From Sarea resinae (lineage: Eukaryota), in the NCBI GenBank assembly GCA_026026165.1, contig JAPEUD010000010.1, forward strand, positions 186,001 through 250,000: a DNA stretch of 64,000 bases, in the 5' to 3' direction. Position numbers and translations under genes: made by a program. Positions within the stretch are counted from its first letter, which is position 1. Each line of letters begins with the position of its first letter. The notes beneath the pieces are model-generated. The model saw only the letters and a list, made by a program, of their open reading frames with translations. It had not been told where the DNA came from and did no database searches. This document shows positions 62,213 to 64,000 of this stretch, in pieces.

Positions 62213-63337
62213 ATGGAGAGCATCAACAACGCCGCCAGTGCGGCCAGCAAGGCCATCTGGGGAGACAACACCCAATCCCAATCCGGCCAAGAGCCCGTGT
62301 CTGGTCAGACCGGTGCCGGCACCACCAATGAGCCGTACGACGCGGGCAACACTGAATGTGAGCAGCCCATGCTTCTGTGGATGGATCACAACAATGAGCA
62401 CACCACTAATGCGGACCATCACAGCCAACCCCAAACTGTCTGGCCTGACTGGCGCCGACGCCCGGCCCGACTTCAACACCACCCGCGACAGCAGCCACCT
62501 CGGCAACCGCGAAGGCGGCAGCTATGGCGGTTCCACGAGCGAAGGTCCCTACTCCAGCACGACCTCCACCAAGACCGGTGGCGTCGACCCCACCACCACC
62601 TCCACCAGCACCGGCGGTCCCAACATCTCGGGCCCTCCTCGACCCGAGCACGAAACCGACAAGACGGGTGTGACGGGTATCCACTCCAACGACCCTAAAT
62701 TCGAAGACAAGCGCCCCACGGACGCCGATGGCCCCTCGACCTCGGAGCGTGGCCAGAGCAAGGCCCCCATCGGCGGTGTCGGTGCCGTGGAGCCTTCTGT
62801 CGGATCGGACCCCGCCAGCGGCACCAAGCCGACCCAGAAACAGCAGGGTGCGGATCGTCCCAATGAAGAGCCAACGGGCGAGAATCTCGATGCTCTCAAA
62901 GAGCGCAAGGAGACAGCCGACGAGAAAGTCACAGGCTCCGGCGATAGCGCTGGCCAGCCTCTAGGGGAGGGCAAGAGCTCCGGCGGAGATGCGGAAGACG
63001 GCCCGGGTGCGCCAAGCAAGGGTGAGGGCACGGGCGAGAAGTACGTCAAGAGCACCGGTCTGGCGGCCGATGGCGGTGACTTTGACGTCGCCAACCCTGG
63101 TGCCGGCCGTGAAGCCGATCGTTAGTGCTCCCACACTTTATTATCGTCATGATCACCACTGATACAGTTGCAATCACAGGCCTCCTGGAAGAAAAGGGCA
63201 TCCACCATACCGTCGAGCCACCAAAGGGCGGCGATGACGAGGCCGCGCACCCCAAGGAGAGCGGCAAGCCGGCCAAGGACAAGCCCAGCGTGGGCGACAA
63301 GATCAAGGGCAAGCTGCACCTGGGGAAGAAGGAGTAG
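62213..63337 (+). CDS. Gly/Thr-rich hydrophilic (hydrophilin-like) conserved fungal protein, 3 exons
   Basis: MESINNAASAASKAIWG..GQEPVSG..EPYDAGN; KQQGADRP; SKGEGTGEKYVKSTGLAADGGDFDVANPGAGREADR|LLEEKGIH; KPSVGDKIKGKLH. Confidence 0.8.
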
Positions 63338-63865
63338 ATGGATTGCTACCTGGCCTTGTTCTTTCTGCACATGTTTTCCTATCCTATAATGATGTTGATG
63401 CCAGCCACCCACAATGAAAACCTTTTTCCTCTCTCTTGAAGTTTTCTCCGCCGACGGACGGAGGATCTCTGTATTACTAAATCTCCAATCGAATGCTCGA
63501 TTGAAATTTCACTGAGCACGATGTGACCAAGTCTTTGGCCCTCGGGCTGCCATGCGGCCGTGAAATCAATGTCACCCTACTCTCTACTCTTCAACCATCT
63601 ACCATACGGGTCCCCTCCCGCCTATCATGGCGTCTTCTAAACCAGGTCAGCGCAACGGCACAGCACAGACTCTATCCATCTCACCTCCCTATCACCCCCC
63701 TCCATCACTCCTCCACCATAGACATACAGCCACGAGACTGTTGTAAGACATACAAACATTACCATTACCATTACCATTACTCCCCATACGCCGATTATAC
63801 GCGGAATCATTCGAAGCGGACTTCCTTCGCGGATTTTTGAGGATAATGATTTCGAGTCCGGTCGC

Positions 63866-64000
63866 CTAGACAGACTCGCTGGCGGCCGTCGTCGCGACGA
63901 CCTTCTGAACCACTTCATCCAGATCCTCCCCTCCCAAGCCCAAAAGCTCGTTCGCAAAATCCTCCTTGCCCGACCAATCCGCCTCCAGCAGCCCCAGCAC
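63866..64000 (-). CDS. 3' end of a gene continuing beyond the window, possibly NmrA/isoflavone-reductase-like
   Basis: Open frame VLGLLEADWSGKEDFANELLGLGGEDLDEVVQKVVATTAASESV ending at TAG 63866; GC3-rich. NELLGL..EDLDEVV resembles isoflavone-reductase C-termini. Confidence 0.5.
   Translation of the reverse strand: MLGLLEADWSGKEDFANELLGLGGEDLDEVVQKVVATTAASESV

Noticed and set aside
1..64000. Transposons, RIP-mutated relics, tRNA/rRNA genes, TPP riboswitch, TGA-CTA readthrough signals
   Set aside because: None recognised by eye. tRNAscan-SE, Infernal and RepeatModeler would be needed to exclude them formally.

Overview
Gene-dense (about 25 genes in 64 kb), intron-containing nuclear DNA of a filamentous ascomycete (Pezizomycotina-type introns with GT...CTRAC...YAG and fungal gene families). 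All calls come from reading motifs and splice sites by eye, with no database searches. Recognisable genes: PTM1-like 7TM protein, NCS2/CTU2, a GNAT acetyltransferase, a DUF4112 protein, DCP2, a divergent thymine-7-hydroxylase / isoorotate decarboxylase pair (thymidine salvage), an F-box-like protein, LDB19/ART1 arrestin, GPI12, AEP2/ATP13, LSM3, GTPBP1, CWC23, IBA57, an NAD(P)-binding reductase, a CorA-family transporter, a CofD/UPF0052 protein, a SIM+RING STUbL, mitochondrial DNA polymerase gamma (MIP1) and a Gly-rich hydrophilic protein. No transposon, rRNA, tRNA or CRISPR was recognised. The most notable unexplained patterns are: microsatellite-dense islands about 10 kb apart, flanked by GC3-rich genes carrying low-complexity insertions; a recurring palindromic TACTCCGGAGTA element clustered in the 5 kb gene-free region upstream of LDB19; an overlapping out-of-frame uAUG on DCP2; and a +1-frame ORF running past the MIP1 stop codon. 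I found no unambiguous new system; these are leads.
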